Source: Takakia lepidozioides (lineage: Eukaryota > Plantae > Bryophyta). Taken from it: a stretch of DNA of 64,000 nt. Position 1 is the stretch's first letter. Each line of letters begins with the position of its first letter. The translations under genes were made by a program, and so were the position numbers. This document shows positions 26,086 to 36,427 of this stretch, one piece after another. The stretch spans positions 17,484,001 to 17,548,000 of the forward strand of contig CM060733.1 in the NCBI GenBank assembly GCA_030704615.1, written 5' to 3'. The notes under the pieces are model-generated. The model saw only the letters and a list, made by a program, of their open reading frames with translations. It did no database searches and was not told where the DNA came from.

Positions 26086-26119
26086 ATTCCGACCGCTTGA
26101 GACATTCTTACTATCCAGA

Positions 26120-27182
26120 ACGGAAATGCGGCAACGCATTTCCGTTCTGACTGAAAATCGTGAACTATCTGAACTAAAATGCAGCACCGTATTTCCATCC
26201 GAGTCGCACCTACCAACATTTCAGAACGGAAATGCGGTACCGCATTTCCGTTCTGACTGAAAATCGTGAACCGTCGGAACTGAAATGCGGCAACGCATTT
26301 CCATCCGAGTCGCACCTCCCAACATTCCAGAACGGAATGTATTAGATTCAAAAGGGAAATGCGGCACCGCATTTCCGTTCTGATGAAATATCCTGAAACC
26401 TCGGAACTGAAATGCGGTACCGCATTTCCGTGGGAGTCGCACCTTCCGACATTCCAAACGGAAATGCGGCGCCGCATTTCCGTTTTGTATGTGAGGCATG
26501 GAGCTGTGGAACGAAAATGCGGCACGGAATTTCCGCCAGCGTCAGACGTTAATACTCTACAGAACGGAAATGCGGTACCGCATTTCCATTCTGACTGAAA
26601 ATCATGCGCAACGGGAACAGAAATCCGGCACCGCATTTCCGTTCGAGTTGCACCTTCCGACATTCTAGAACGGAAATGCGGCGCCGCATTTCCGTTTTGT
26701 ATATTGGGCCTGGAGCTGTGCTACGAAAATGTGTACCGCATTTCCATCCATGTGAGACCTTCAAACTTTCCGGACCGGAAATGCGGCACCGCATTTCTGT
26801 CCAGGTGATACCTCTATACTTTCCCGAACGGAAATGTGGCACGGCATTTCCATTCATCATCTAACGGATGTGAAGTGGGAACGGAAATGCGGTACCGCAT
26901 TTCCGTTCACATTGAAAATCATGAACCACGGGAACTGAAATGTTGTGCCTCATTCCCGTCCCAATCGCACCTTTCGACATTCCAGAACGGAAATGCGGCG
27001 CCGCATTTCCCTTTTGAATCTCATACTTGGAGCTGTGGGACGGAAATGCGGCACCGTATTTCCGTTCAACAACTAAGGTATGTGAAGGTGGAACGGAAAT
27101 GCGGTGCCGCATTTTCTTCCAACAAGTACGGATGTGTAGCAGAGTGATCGTACTTAACGGAAATGCGGCGCCGCATTCGCAT
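26120..27182. repeat. Family-A central palindrome array (left half)
   Basis: About 20 GGAAATGCGGYRCCGCATTTCC copies at ~53-bp spacing. Confidence 0.9.
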
Positions 27183-27796
27183 TTTCGCTCCAACTGATCA
27201 GACGCTGGGACGGAAATACCTTGAAATGTGAACACGTGGAGCAACGGAATTGCTGCACATGTCGGCACTCTATCTGACTGAAGGGGCATGAGGCGGCGCG
27301 GCCTGACCGTTCGATAATGATGTTTGTTTTTCGGACGGCAGGCGTACCCTCAACGATTCGAATTTCATAATGACGCAAACTCCCCGAGGAGACACTTTCG
27401 TCCAACCCTTTCGAACCCAAGTGGTGCATCACCGCCGTTTCATCTACTTTTGTCGTGTCTCCTCAGTCACCCCTCTCGCGCCCTTTCCATCTGCACTCTT
27501 TGGCCCTTTTCCCTCTCTCTGTTCTTCTTATGCTCGAACCTGAGGGGGGGGAGTTCGTGCACCAGCCAGGAGACCTCGTCGCAAGCTCCGGAAATTATAC
27601 TTCGGACGTAGGCCAATGCCGAAGGGGAGGAAGCAGATGCGTCTACAGGAGGAGATTGCCATCTCCGAGCAGCAGGCCACTCAGGCAACCCAGCCACCAG
27701 TGAGAGCTCCATGCGATCGGGCTGCGCGCAGCTGATCGAGCACCGAACCCCCCATTTTGCTTCTGTAATTCTTAGACTGAATGCTAGGAGACTTGA

Positions 27797-30700
27797 ATGC
27801 AGAACATGTTTGCATGCCTAACAGGAAAGGTGGACGTGCTGGAGGGATCGCAGGAATCCGAAGAGCCGCAGGAAGAGTCCGAGGAGCTAGCTGCAGCACG
27901 TACACCCACCCGATCCCCGAGCGCGGGTATTCCTGCCGGGCCTAGCCCTCTGCGATTCAAAGACGCGTCTTCGAAGGGCAAGTTCAAAGTCCCAGAGATC
28001 GACTCGCGTTCTTCGGTCATGGAGAATCGCCAGCAGGGGTCGGGCCCTTCTCCAGCAAAGTCGAAGAAGAAGCAGCCCATCCCTCTACTGGCTTCTGAAC
28101 CGGCTCAGGCCGATTCACCCCCCCCAACGCGAATGAAGCAGCAGGGTAGAAGACAGATTCAATTGCAGCAGACACCTTCACCTGCAAGGATGAGGAAGCA
28201 GAAGGCAATCAGGGCGACGGGCGAACAATCTCCCGCAAAACCGCTTCCACGAGCTGAAGCTCAGTTCCTGGAGGATTTCCCGCCTGCAGATGTTGGGGCC
28301 GACTCTGCTGCAGCTCAGGCAATGGGATCGACCGTTGATCTCGATTTGGTACCGGAGGAGGGTGCTGCCGCTCAACTTTCGCAGCAAGACCTCACCACCG
28401 ATGAGCAAGCAAGCCCGGAGGAGGCCTCTGCAATGGCAGAATTGCCCGCACACAGGCCCCAGAGTGCAGCTCCAGTTGAGGATGCTCCAGCTGCTCAGCC
28501 ACTACCGGCACCTACAGACATGTCTCCGGAGGATTTCAAAAGTGCACGGATAAAATGTTGGAGGAGACACACAGTAGCATTGGCAGAGTTCTGGGCAGCA
28601 GGGTATTCCAGCGGACTCTTCGAATCCCACTCTGTCGCATGGTCTCCCTTCCCATCGTCAGGCAGGCCCTTCCCGGAGATGTGGATAAGCTCAAGTTCGC
28701 ATTTCGAGAAGGGTACCGTCTGGGATCGGCAGCGTTTTACGTTTCCATTGAGAATGAGGACGGCGAAACTCGTGGACCCACTGCCGATGAATTGTCAACG
28801 TGGGATACCCACTGGCACACTCGCAACACGAATTCGAGGCGACGCTGAAGGGTGATCCCGACTTCGGCCATATGTCGGGTAAAATGTTCTTTGTGTGGGA
28901 CGGGAATCACCGACTTCTCGCCTGGTGGGAGTACATCAAGCAGAACCATGCCAAGCACATTGCTGGCATTACATGGTGGAGTGTGTCATCCTCAAGGTGA
29001 AGGCGGCAGACTCCTCCCTGCTCAAGAATGCCATGGCGGACCTCAACTCGTAAGATACTCATACCCTCCCTAGCACGTTCGAAATGCGGTGCCGCATTTC
29101 GGTTTCCATTCTGGTTTGTTTCCGTGCTTCCGTGTACTGAACTGGAGAGTGTGCCTTGCAGGGTCACTGAAATGCGTACGTGCATACCCACATGGCACAC
29201 ATGCTGTACAGGGTGAGGAAAACTGGTCTCACTGATCCGCAGATGTTTGCGGAAATGCTGGAGCCCGAGCTCATTCAGAAAGCCGTTGCAAAAACAGACC
29301 GGACATGGTATCGTCTCACTATGGATGGAATGGTGGAGGTGATATACGAAGTAAGTCGTCCTCCAATTTCCCTCTGCTCATCCTTCCCCAATTTTCAGTA
29401 ATCTTTCCACATGAATCGAATGTAACGCTTCTGCATGTTTTTGTTGGCAGTCAAACATCAAGCTGGATTTGGCCCATGCCAAACGCTTCTTCATGGAAAG
29501 TGAGGGGCAGGTCAAAACGCTGCAGTCATTGACTGAGCACTTGAAGGAAGCCGGTGTCAAGTCCAGAACCAAATACAAGTCAAAGCTTGTGAAGCTGGTG
29601 GCAATTGCAGATCCGGCACTTGGAAAGGACTTCATCCCCGAGATTGCAAAACACTATTCTCGGGCCATGCAGCCGACCATGCAATTGGAGAAACTGCATC
29701 ACCTCTCAACGGCATGTGTGGAGGCGAAAGAGAAGGTGAGGTTTCAATGCACTGAAGTTCCTTCCTAGCAATAGCCACTCTCTTCCAGCTCCTGACATTG
29801 GATCGGAAATGGCAGACACGGTGGCTGTCGATCTGGAATGCATCCGAGAGCATAAGGACAATGTGGTCTTTTCCACTGGAAGTTTCCGACCCTGCAGTGG
29901 ATGTGTGGCTCAACCGTATGACTTGGTGGTTCCAGGTAATTCAAGGTACTTCCCCAGATTTGCTTTTCTGACATGAATTCCCTGAACTGCTACGTGACAA
30001 TGGATTTGGGAATCGCAGGTAATGTCGAATGCGAAGGAGCAAGTCGTAATGCACACAAATTCGTTCGGCTTGTACGTCAAATGGGATGGAACACAGACAT
30101 TGGAAGACTACGTGACACGTTTCAGATGTGCGTACAAGGACAACCTTTTCGCCAGAGAGCTACAGACAGCAAGAAGGAGCGTGGAGTTTACACATCAGGA
30201 GGGAGCTGGGAAAGCTGCAATGCGAATTGTTTACAGGTGAAGCACAGCTGCCCTTGTATGCGAAGCCTGGTTACGAGGTTTGTCTCGGAAATGCGGCACC
30301 GCATTCGCATTTTATGTTTTTGGTGGCACTCTGCCAGTAGGTTGGTCTCAACTTTTGCTCACGCATGCTGACTGCCTTGCAGGTATATGAAATACGTGCT
30401 CCTTCAGACAGGGGCCCTGGCTCAAGAGCCCCCGTTCTTCATGGCTTGGACCGTGGCGGGCCCAAGCTGTGTCTACACACCCGAGATGCAGAAACAATGG
30501 CATCCCGCGCATCTCGTTGGATGCCCGTGGTACCTGGACATGTCTGGCGGTATTGTTGACGAGTCTGAGAAAGATCTGCACGCCTTGGCAGAAGAGAAGA
30601 GAAAGGAAAGACGTGTCCCTGCTGGGCCAAAGTCGGCAAAGGAATCTGCTGCTCTGGAAGAATCCAGAAAGGCAGCTGAGATGGCACAAAAGACGGTGGA

Positions 30701-32736
30701 TGCAGCTGTGCAGGCCCAACAGAAGGGGTCGAAGAAGAGGACTCGCCAGCAAGGAGCAGCTGTTGTGACACCCGCCAAAACGAAGAAGCAGAAACAGCCT
30801 GTTCAGGAAGAGGGTGAGGAAGAGGACTCCGATGGAGACTTTGCAACCAGCCCACCCCCCCAAACGCAGGCTGCCTCCCCTGTGCCCACCGTTGTCACGA
30901 GAGGCACGAGAACTGGCTCGGCAAAGAAGGCACTCTTCAACCTCCCAGGGGGGCACCCTTTCGAGCCGGTGGAAATGAAGAGGCCGAAAGTGGCTCCCGA
31001 AACTGTAGTCCAGTGTGTAAATGAGAGTTTTTTGGCGGCTTTGGATGGACGGGCAGCCAAGTTGGCATACCTGAAGACCATGGAGGGTCTGAAGGGCAGA
31101 GCACTGAAGAAGGCGACTGCCGAAGAGCCTTCCGACACCCCAGGATTTCAGAATATGGTCTCGTTCTTTGAGAGGGTGTGTGCAGACAAGGATTGTAGGA
31201 GGGGCGGAAATGCCACCGAGTGGTCTTGCGATATGATCATCTTGGATATTCCGGACGGAGAGCCTGTGGAAGGACTGCAAGCTTTGCCATCTTGGAACAG
31301 GTACTCGGAGGACTTTTGGAAGAAAGGATTCGGGCTTGCCCGCATGGTGTTGGACGACAGAGGCTGTGTGGTTGTCCTGGCGAGCAGAGGAAAAAACACT
31401 CAGACAGGAATTGCGAAGTGGACCCGCAAGAGCGCCGTCCCGATTCTGAAAAAGAAGTGGACGTGCATCAACACACTGGGCCTTTGGTCGGAAGGGAAGA
31501 AGGTGATTACGACACTGGCACTCGTCCATTCATTTGCTTGGGTGTTTTCAAATGCGGTGCCGCATTCGGTTTCTAATCGTTTTCCCCCTGTGTATGCAGA
31601 CGAAGCAGTTCGATGCATACTGCTTTGTGAAGGAGAACTCCACCTTTGCTTTCCGGAAGGAGGGAGGAAAGGTTGACCCGAACTGCGACCCACTCGATTA
31701 CGACGTTCTGTTCAACAACGTTCCCAAGGAACTTCTCCCTCATAGCCTCACTTCAACGGAACCCCTGCGGTACTCACGGACTCGGAGCCCTGCCTTCATT
31801 CAGACAATTATGGAGACATGCACAGACGTGGAGGGCACAGTGCTCGACCTCATCTGTGGGACAGGTATGCAGAATCTTGATCTATGCTGTTCTGCAAATT
31901 CTCGTTAGGATGTAGTTCGCAACATCTGAAGCGCCATGTGGTAATGTGTGGATGGCATTGTAACAGGTGCCTCAATGTGGGCTGGGCGGTTTTCCGACCG
32001 GCACCTCTTTGCCTACGAGGAGGATTCATCCGTGTGGGGATCCCATCTGGAGGGGCTGCAACGGAATGTGAAGGCTCCCGACAGAGCGGAAGTCTCCTCG
32101 GATTCGTCGGAGTCCGAGGAAGACACAGTGGACATTGATGCGGAGGAGAACCCGGAATACGAGTGAGTGCAAACATTGTAAGTTTGCAAAGCCTTCTGGG
32201 TCATTTATGTCAAACGAATTTCCCGACTGTGGTTCTCATTAGTCTCGTTGATGATTGTCATGTGCAGGATAGCAGGGTCCGGGTCGAAACATGTAGGGCC
32301 TACACTTCCTGCCAGGAAGAATGTCCCGTTCTTTGCGAGGGCCGATTTCATGACGAGCCCGGTGAGGGACTACTCCCTTCCTAGTTATGCAGCTAAACTC
32401 GCAAATACAGCGATTAGAAGAAGTGAGAATCCCAGTAAAGTAGAGCAGATTTTGGAGAGGGCTAGGGAGGACAGAAGGATAAGGAAAGAGTTGGCAGCAG
32501 CTCAGACAGGTAGACGGGTACGAAAGTACATATGTGATTCAGCGGATGAGAGCGACGCAGACAGGGAGGAAGACGACCCAACGGAGGTGAGATGGACAGT
32601 TCCGCAAGGGGAAGATGGGATTTTCGAAAGCCTGGCCAACGAGCAGTCCGCTGGAGATGAGAGAGGCACTGAGGGGGTGGAGGATGAGCAGGACAGTCTA
32701 GAACAGGATGAGGATTCGGATGATTTTCAAGATTAA
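27797..32736 (+). pseudogene. Family-A ParB/Srx-like + beta-class N6/N4 DNA-methyltransferase-like fusion gene, ~9 exons; three 1-bp deletions in exon 1
   Basis: DGNHRLLA at 28899-28922 (GxxRxxA). CDMIILDIPDG at ~31227-31259 (motif IV-like) precedes RSPAFIQTIMETCTDVEGTVLDLICGTG-ASMWAG...RHLFAYEED (motif X/I/II-like, 31782-32025). GT-AG introns at e.g. 29050, 29351, 30237, 31865. Exon boundaries are approximate. Confidence 0.8.
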
Positions 32737-32869
32737 TAGAATTTTAATGAAGTCTCTGTAAATGTAAATTCTCTTCCAGAGTATATAAAGGAAATTCTGC
32801 CCGACATTCGTGACCCCTCTCCAGTGTGCATTCCAGCCACACAATCGCCCAAACCACGACGCTCCCAAA

Positions 32870-33765
32870 ATCAGAAATGGGGCACCGCATTTCCAAAACA
32901 GGGGAACTCTAAGAACCTCTTTTGGAAATGCGGCACAGCATTTCCAAAACAGGGGAGGGACTAAATTTTCCATTTCAATGTTGGCATAGTAAAAAGTAAT
33001 CTGAATTGGAAATGCGGTGCCGCATTTCCAAAATTTCCTTTGTCCACACGCCAGTTTTGGCCTCTCCCGCTCATCGCATGGATGCCACCACGCTTACAGA
33101 GGTCGAACAACGAGGTCGAACAAGGAGGTCGAGATGGCGGGATTGAAAATGCGGTGCCGCATTTCAGTATTGGGGATGGTCGTTGTTCGAACTGCAGGCC
33201 CATCAGCAAAAAATTGGCACCGCATTCCATTGTAAAAAAAAGTCGATGACGGACATGGAAATGCGGCGCCGCATTTCCAGAACGGACATCGCAATTTGTC
33301 CATTTGCAGACCCTCTCTCGGAAATGCGGTAACGCATTCCATCGCGCTGGTCGGAAATGTCACACTTTTCGAAGTGTTGTACGGAAATGCGGCACCGCAT
33401 TCCCTTGTCCAAAAGGAAGTTTCCATTGCCAAGCTGGAAATGCGTCGCCGCATTTGCAATGCCAACCTCGTTTTCTGATCAATTTATAGACTCGTGTTGG
33501 TATTTCGTGTACCTGGACGGAAATGATGCACCGCATTTTCTTGTCCGACATGGAAATGCGGTGCCGCATTTCGATGTCCGACATGGAAATGCGGCACCGC
33601 ATTTCGATCCCGACATGGAAATGCGGCACCGCATTTCGATCCCGACATGGAAATGCGGCGCCGCATTTCGATGTCCGACATGGAAATGCGGCACCCCATT
33701 TCGATATGGAAATGCGGCGCCGCATTTCGATGCCGACATGGTAATGCGGCGCCGCATTTCAATGT
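32870..33765. repeat. Second family-A palindrome array (3' of the ParB-MTase gene), with a 32-33-bp tandem expansion at 33519-33765
   Basis: Starts at 33257, 33320, 33383, 33436, 33519, 33552 and onward. Confidence 0.9.
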
Positions 33766-34017
33766 CCGACATGGCGTTACTCTGGTATATTGTTGACACA
33801 TCACTCACATAACGGTTACTCTGCTATATTCATCCGGACAGACACATTGTAGAAATGAGACATCAAATTGTAAACAGTGGGCCAATTCCGACAGTTATTC
33901 AACACAATGAAACACAATCATACAGAAGTGAGGTACGATGGGTTTATTGATCGGACACGATGTCTCACATTTACCAACTGCAGACAAAACTAAGCCCTTC
34001 CTCCTTCTACATGGGCT

Positions 34018-34596
34018 TCACCAAGTCGACGGAACTTCGATACCCCTCAAAACAAGCTCATCACTGCTGCGGCACCTCGAGGTAAACTGCAATTCGGTCG
34101 TTCTGCTGCCCTTGCTGGAGCCGACGACAATGTCATGTCCATCAATGATACCACCATCATACATTGACAAGGTCACTGTGGGCCTCATGTGCCCGTGCGA
34201 TTCGTCTTCGCAACGCAGCCGAATGTCTCCATACACTGGAAGAGCGGAGTGATCTGCACGTATATAGTTTTCCCCGGTGCCGTCCTCCCTGGTCCACTGG
34301 CAGCAGTTCCAGCGCCAAAGCGAGGCCGTGCGTGATCTGTCCGGCATCCCTTTCCAGCTTGGTATATGGAGGTCAACAATTTTCAGGACCCACGGACCGC
34401 ATTGACCCTCGCCCTCACCTCGCTCAAAGCGGTAATAGCCCTCCAGATACTCCATTGCGCGCAAAGACTCTTGCTTGATTCCAGCAGCGTCTGTGAAAAC
34501 AGAGAGCCAGACAATGATGTCTCCTGATTCTGGTTTGAACATAGCATAATCGTGGCCATGATAAGGGCAGTCGGCTGGATTTCGGCGGCACGGCAT
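34018..34596 (-). CDS. ORF-X1, 192-aa intronless protein of unknown family (RWNCCQWT)
   Basis: Open in both copies (also 45239-45817) and paralogous to ORF-X2. Start chosen by paralog alignment (MPC/MSC). Confidence 0.7.
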   Translation of the reverse strand: MPCRRNPADCPYHGHDYAMFKPESGDIIVWLSVFTDAAGIKQESLRAMEYLEGYYRFERGEGEGQCGPWVLKIVDLHIPSWKGMPDRSRTASLWRWNCCQWTREDGTGENYIRADHSALPVYGDIRLRCEDESHGHMRPTVTLSMYDGGIIDGHDIVVGSSKGSRTTELQFTSRCRSSDELVLRGIEVPSTW

Positions 34597-35145
34597 CCTT
34601 GAAAAAGAGTAGCGGAGTACGCTCAATGATAGCAGCTCCCGGATGGAGGAGGAGCAGCGCGGTGGCTGGAAAAAGTTCAAGCTAACGCTGCAATTCCTCA
34701 CAAACACTCCAGGGCACATTTAAATTTCCCCCTACAGGATCCTGGACCGATGAAGATTGGCTGCTGCATGAATGTAGCCGTTTTTGTTTCCTACCCTGCC
34801 ATGCAAACTATGGGCAGTCACTGCCAGGTGGGCCGATAGCCACTGGACACGACGAAGTCCATCCCCTCTTCGATGTAAATGCGGCGCCGAATTTCCATCC
34901 GGGGGGATGGACTTCGGTGGCAGATCTCAAACTATAACTTGTTGATGAGAAAGATGTATGGCTTCATCCACCGCTGCCGTGATGAACACGTTCCACCTCC
35001 GTCGGTGGGTACGTGTGACCCAGATGCTCCATTATTGGAGGCCGGACTGCTCTTCCGCTTCGTATCATTTCCAAAATCTAAGGGCTTCGTAGCTGTCCGC
35101 AAGGTCATCGGCATCCAAGTCGTCCTCAGGTCCTCCTTTGCAAGC

Positions 35146-35709
35146 ATGCCGTGCTTCCGGAACCGGGACGACTGCCCCTTTGGAGGCATCGATTATGCAA
35201 TGTATTCGGCCACATCGGGAGACATTGTTATCTGGTACACAGATTACACAGAAGATACTGGTTCGATTGTGGAAACATTGGTGGCTTTTGAGTATATCGT
35301 AGGCCACTACGCCTTCGAGCGGGGTGACGATCTTGGTCTGAGGAGTCCGTGGCTCCTGCGCATCCTCGATTCCGATTTTCCCTGTTACGACGGTCACCCA
35401 TGCAGAAGAAGGCGCACTGCTATGCTGTTGCGGTGGAACTGCTGCCACTGGACGTGGGTGGACTCCATCGGAGAGACCTATTCTCCTCGAGGAGTGCGCT
35501 CCTCTTCTCCATTGTATGGGGACATTCGCATTGGTGTGGACGACGAAAACGTGAAGATTTCCATATTCGATGGTGGTATGATTGAAGGGCAGGACATTGT
35601 GGTGAACATCACTAGGGGCGGTACAACGGCTGCAATCGACTTTACATGGAGGAGCCCCATGACTCATGAGCTAGTTCTGAGAGCAGTCGAAGTCCCATTG
35701 ACAACGTGA
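35146..35709 (+). CDS. ORF-X2, 187-aa intronless protein of unknown family (RWNCCHWT)
   Basis: Open in both copies (also 44125-44688). Full-length similarity to ORF-X1, arranged divergently. Confidence 0.7.
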   Translation: MPCFRNRDDCPFGGIDYAMYSATSGDIVIWYTDYTEDTGSIVETLVAFEYIVGHYAFERGDDLGLRSPWLLRILDSDFPCYDGHPCRRRRTAMLLRWNCCHWTWVDSIGETYSPRGVRSSSPLYGDIRIGVDDENVKISIFDGGMIEGQDIVVNITRGGTTAAIDFTWRSPMTHELVLRAVEVPLTT

Positions 35710-36427
35710 CTTGTATTCAGTAGGCACAGGGCTCAAGATTTGATGGCACAATCAGCACAGTAGACGTGCTTCAAATGCAATTCATGTGGATCAATAAAAA
35801 CCTCATTGTGCCCTCTTTTTATTCTATTCTGTGTCCATCGTTCCGAGAATGCGTCATTGCTCATTTCGTTTGGGATTGGGAGTGTGGGTGAATTTTGCAA
35901 ATGGCTGGTAGGCTGAAATGGGCCCCCATTGTACAGAGCAGTACCACCCTACCATTCGCGAAACATTGCCTTTCAATATATAATTCTAAATAACATTGCC
36001 GAACCTCCTTCATCGGGAGGTCCTTCTCCCCCTATGACCGTGGCACCCTAAACCCTATTCCCGCGGACACTCATTTCCGGAAAATAGTGCTGCTCATGTT
36101 TTTTTCCACACTTACGACTCTGCTCATGGCTCATGCCGCTCATGGCTCATGGCTCATGAAATAGCAGCCCCCAAATAGGCCACAATACCCGTGTATCTCC
36201 ACACAATGTATGCTTTCCTCGGATCCATTTATAGACATAACCAAAATAAAAAAAACATGCCTATGCCATTCACGGCCAAAAACCACATTCTCATGTATTG
36301 CGGCACCGAAATGCACCTGGAGCCATGGCGGTGCGGCACCACCAAGTGTATAATTCCTCACAAAAAAAAGGGTGCAAGAAGATGAATGTAATATAATTGC
36401 CACTTTCTTCTTCCCGAATGTGGAATG

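Larger units (their letters stand above)
26086..36172 (-). mobile_element. Family-A copy A2, left half
   Basis: Begins at the reverse complement of position 2516 of A1. Ends in left TIR GCTCATGAAATAGCAGCCCCC at 36172, followed by AAATAGGC (reverse complement of TSD GCCTATTT). Confidence 0.9.

Noticed and set aside
27797-32736. Bacterial or prophage contamination as the source of the ParB-MTase gene
   Set aside because: The gene has spliceosomal introns and lies inside TIR/TSD-bounded elements, one of which is inserted in a plant gene intron.
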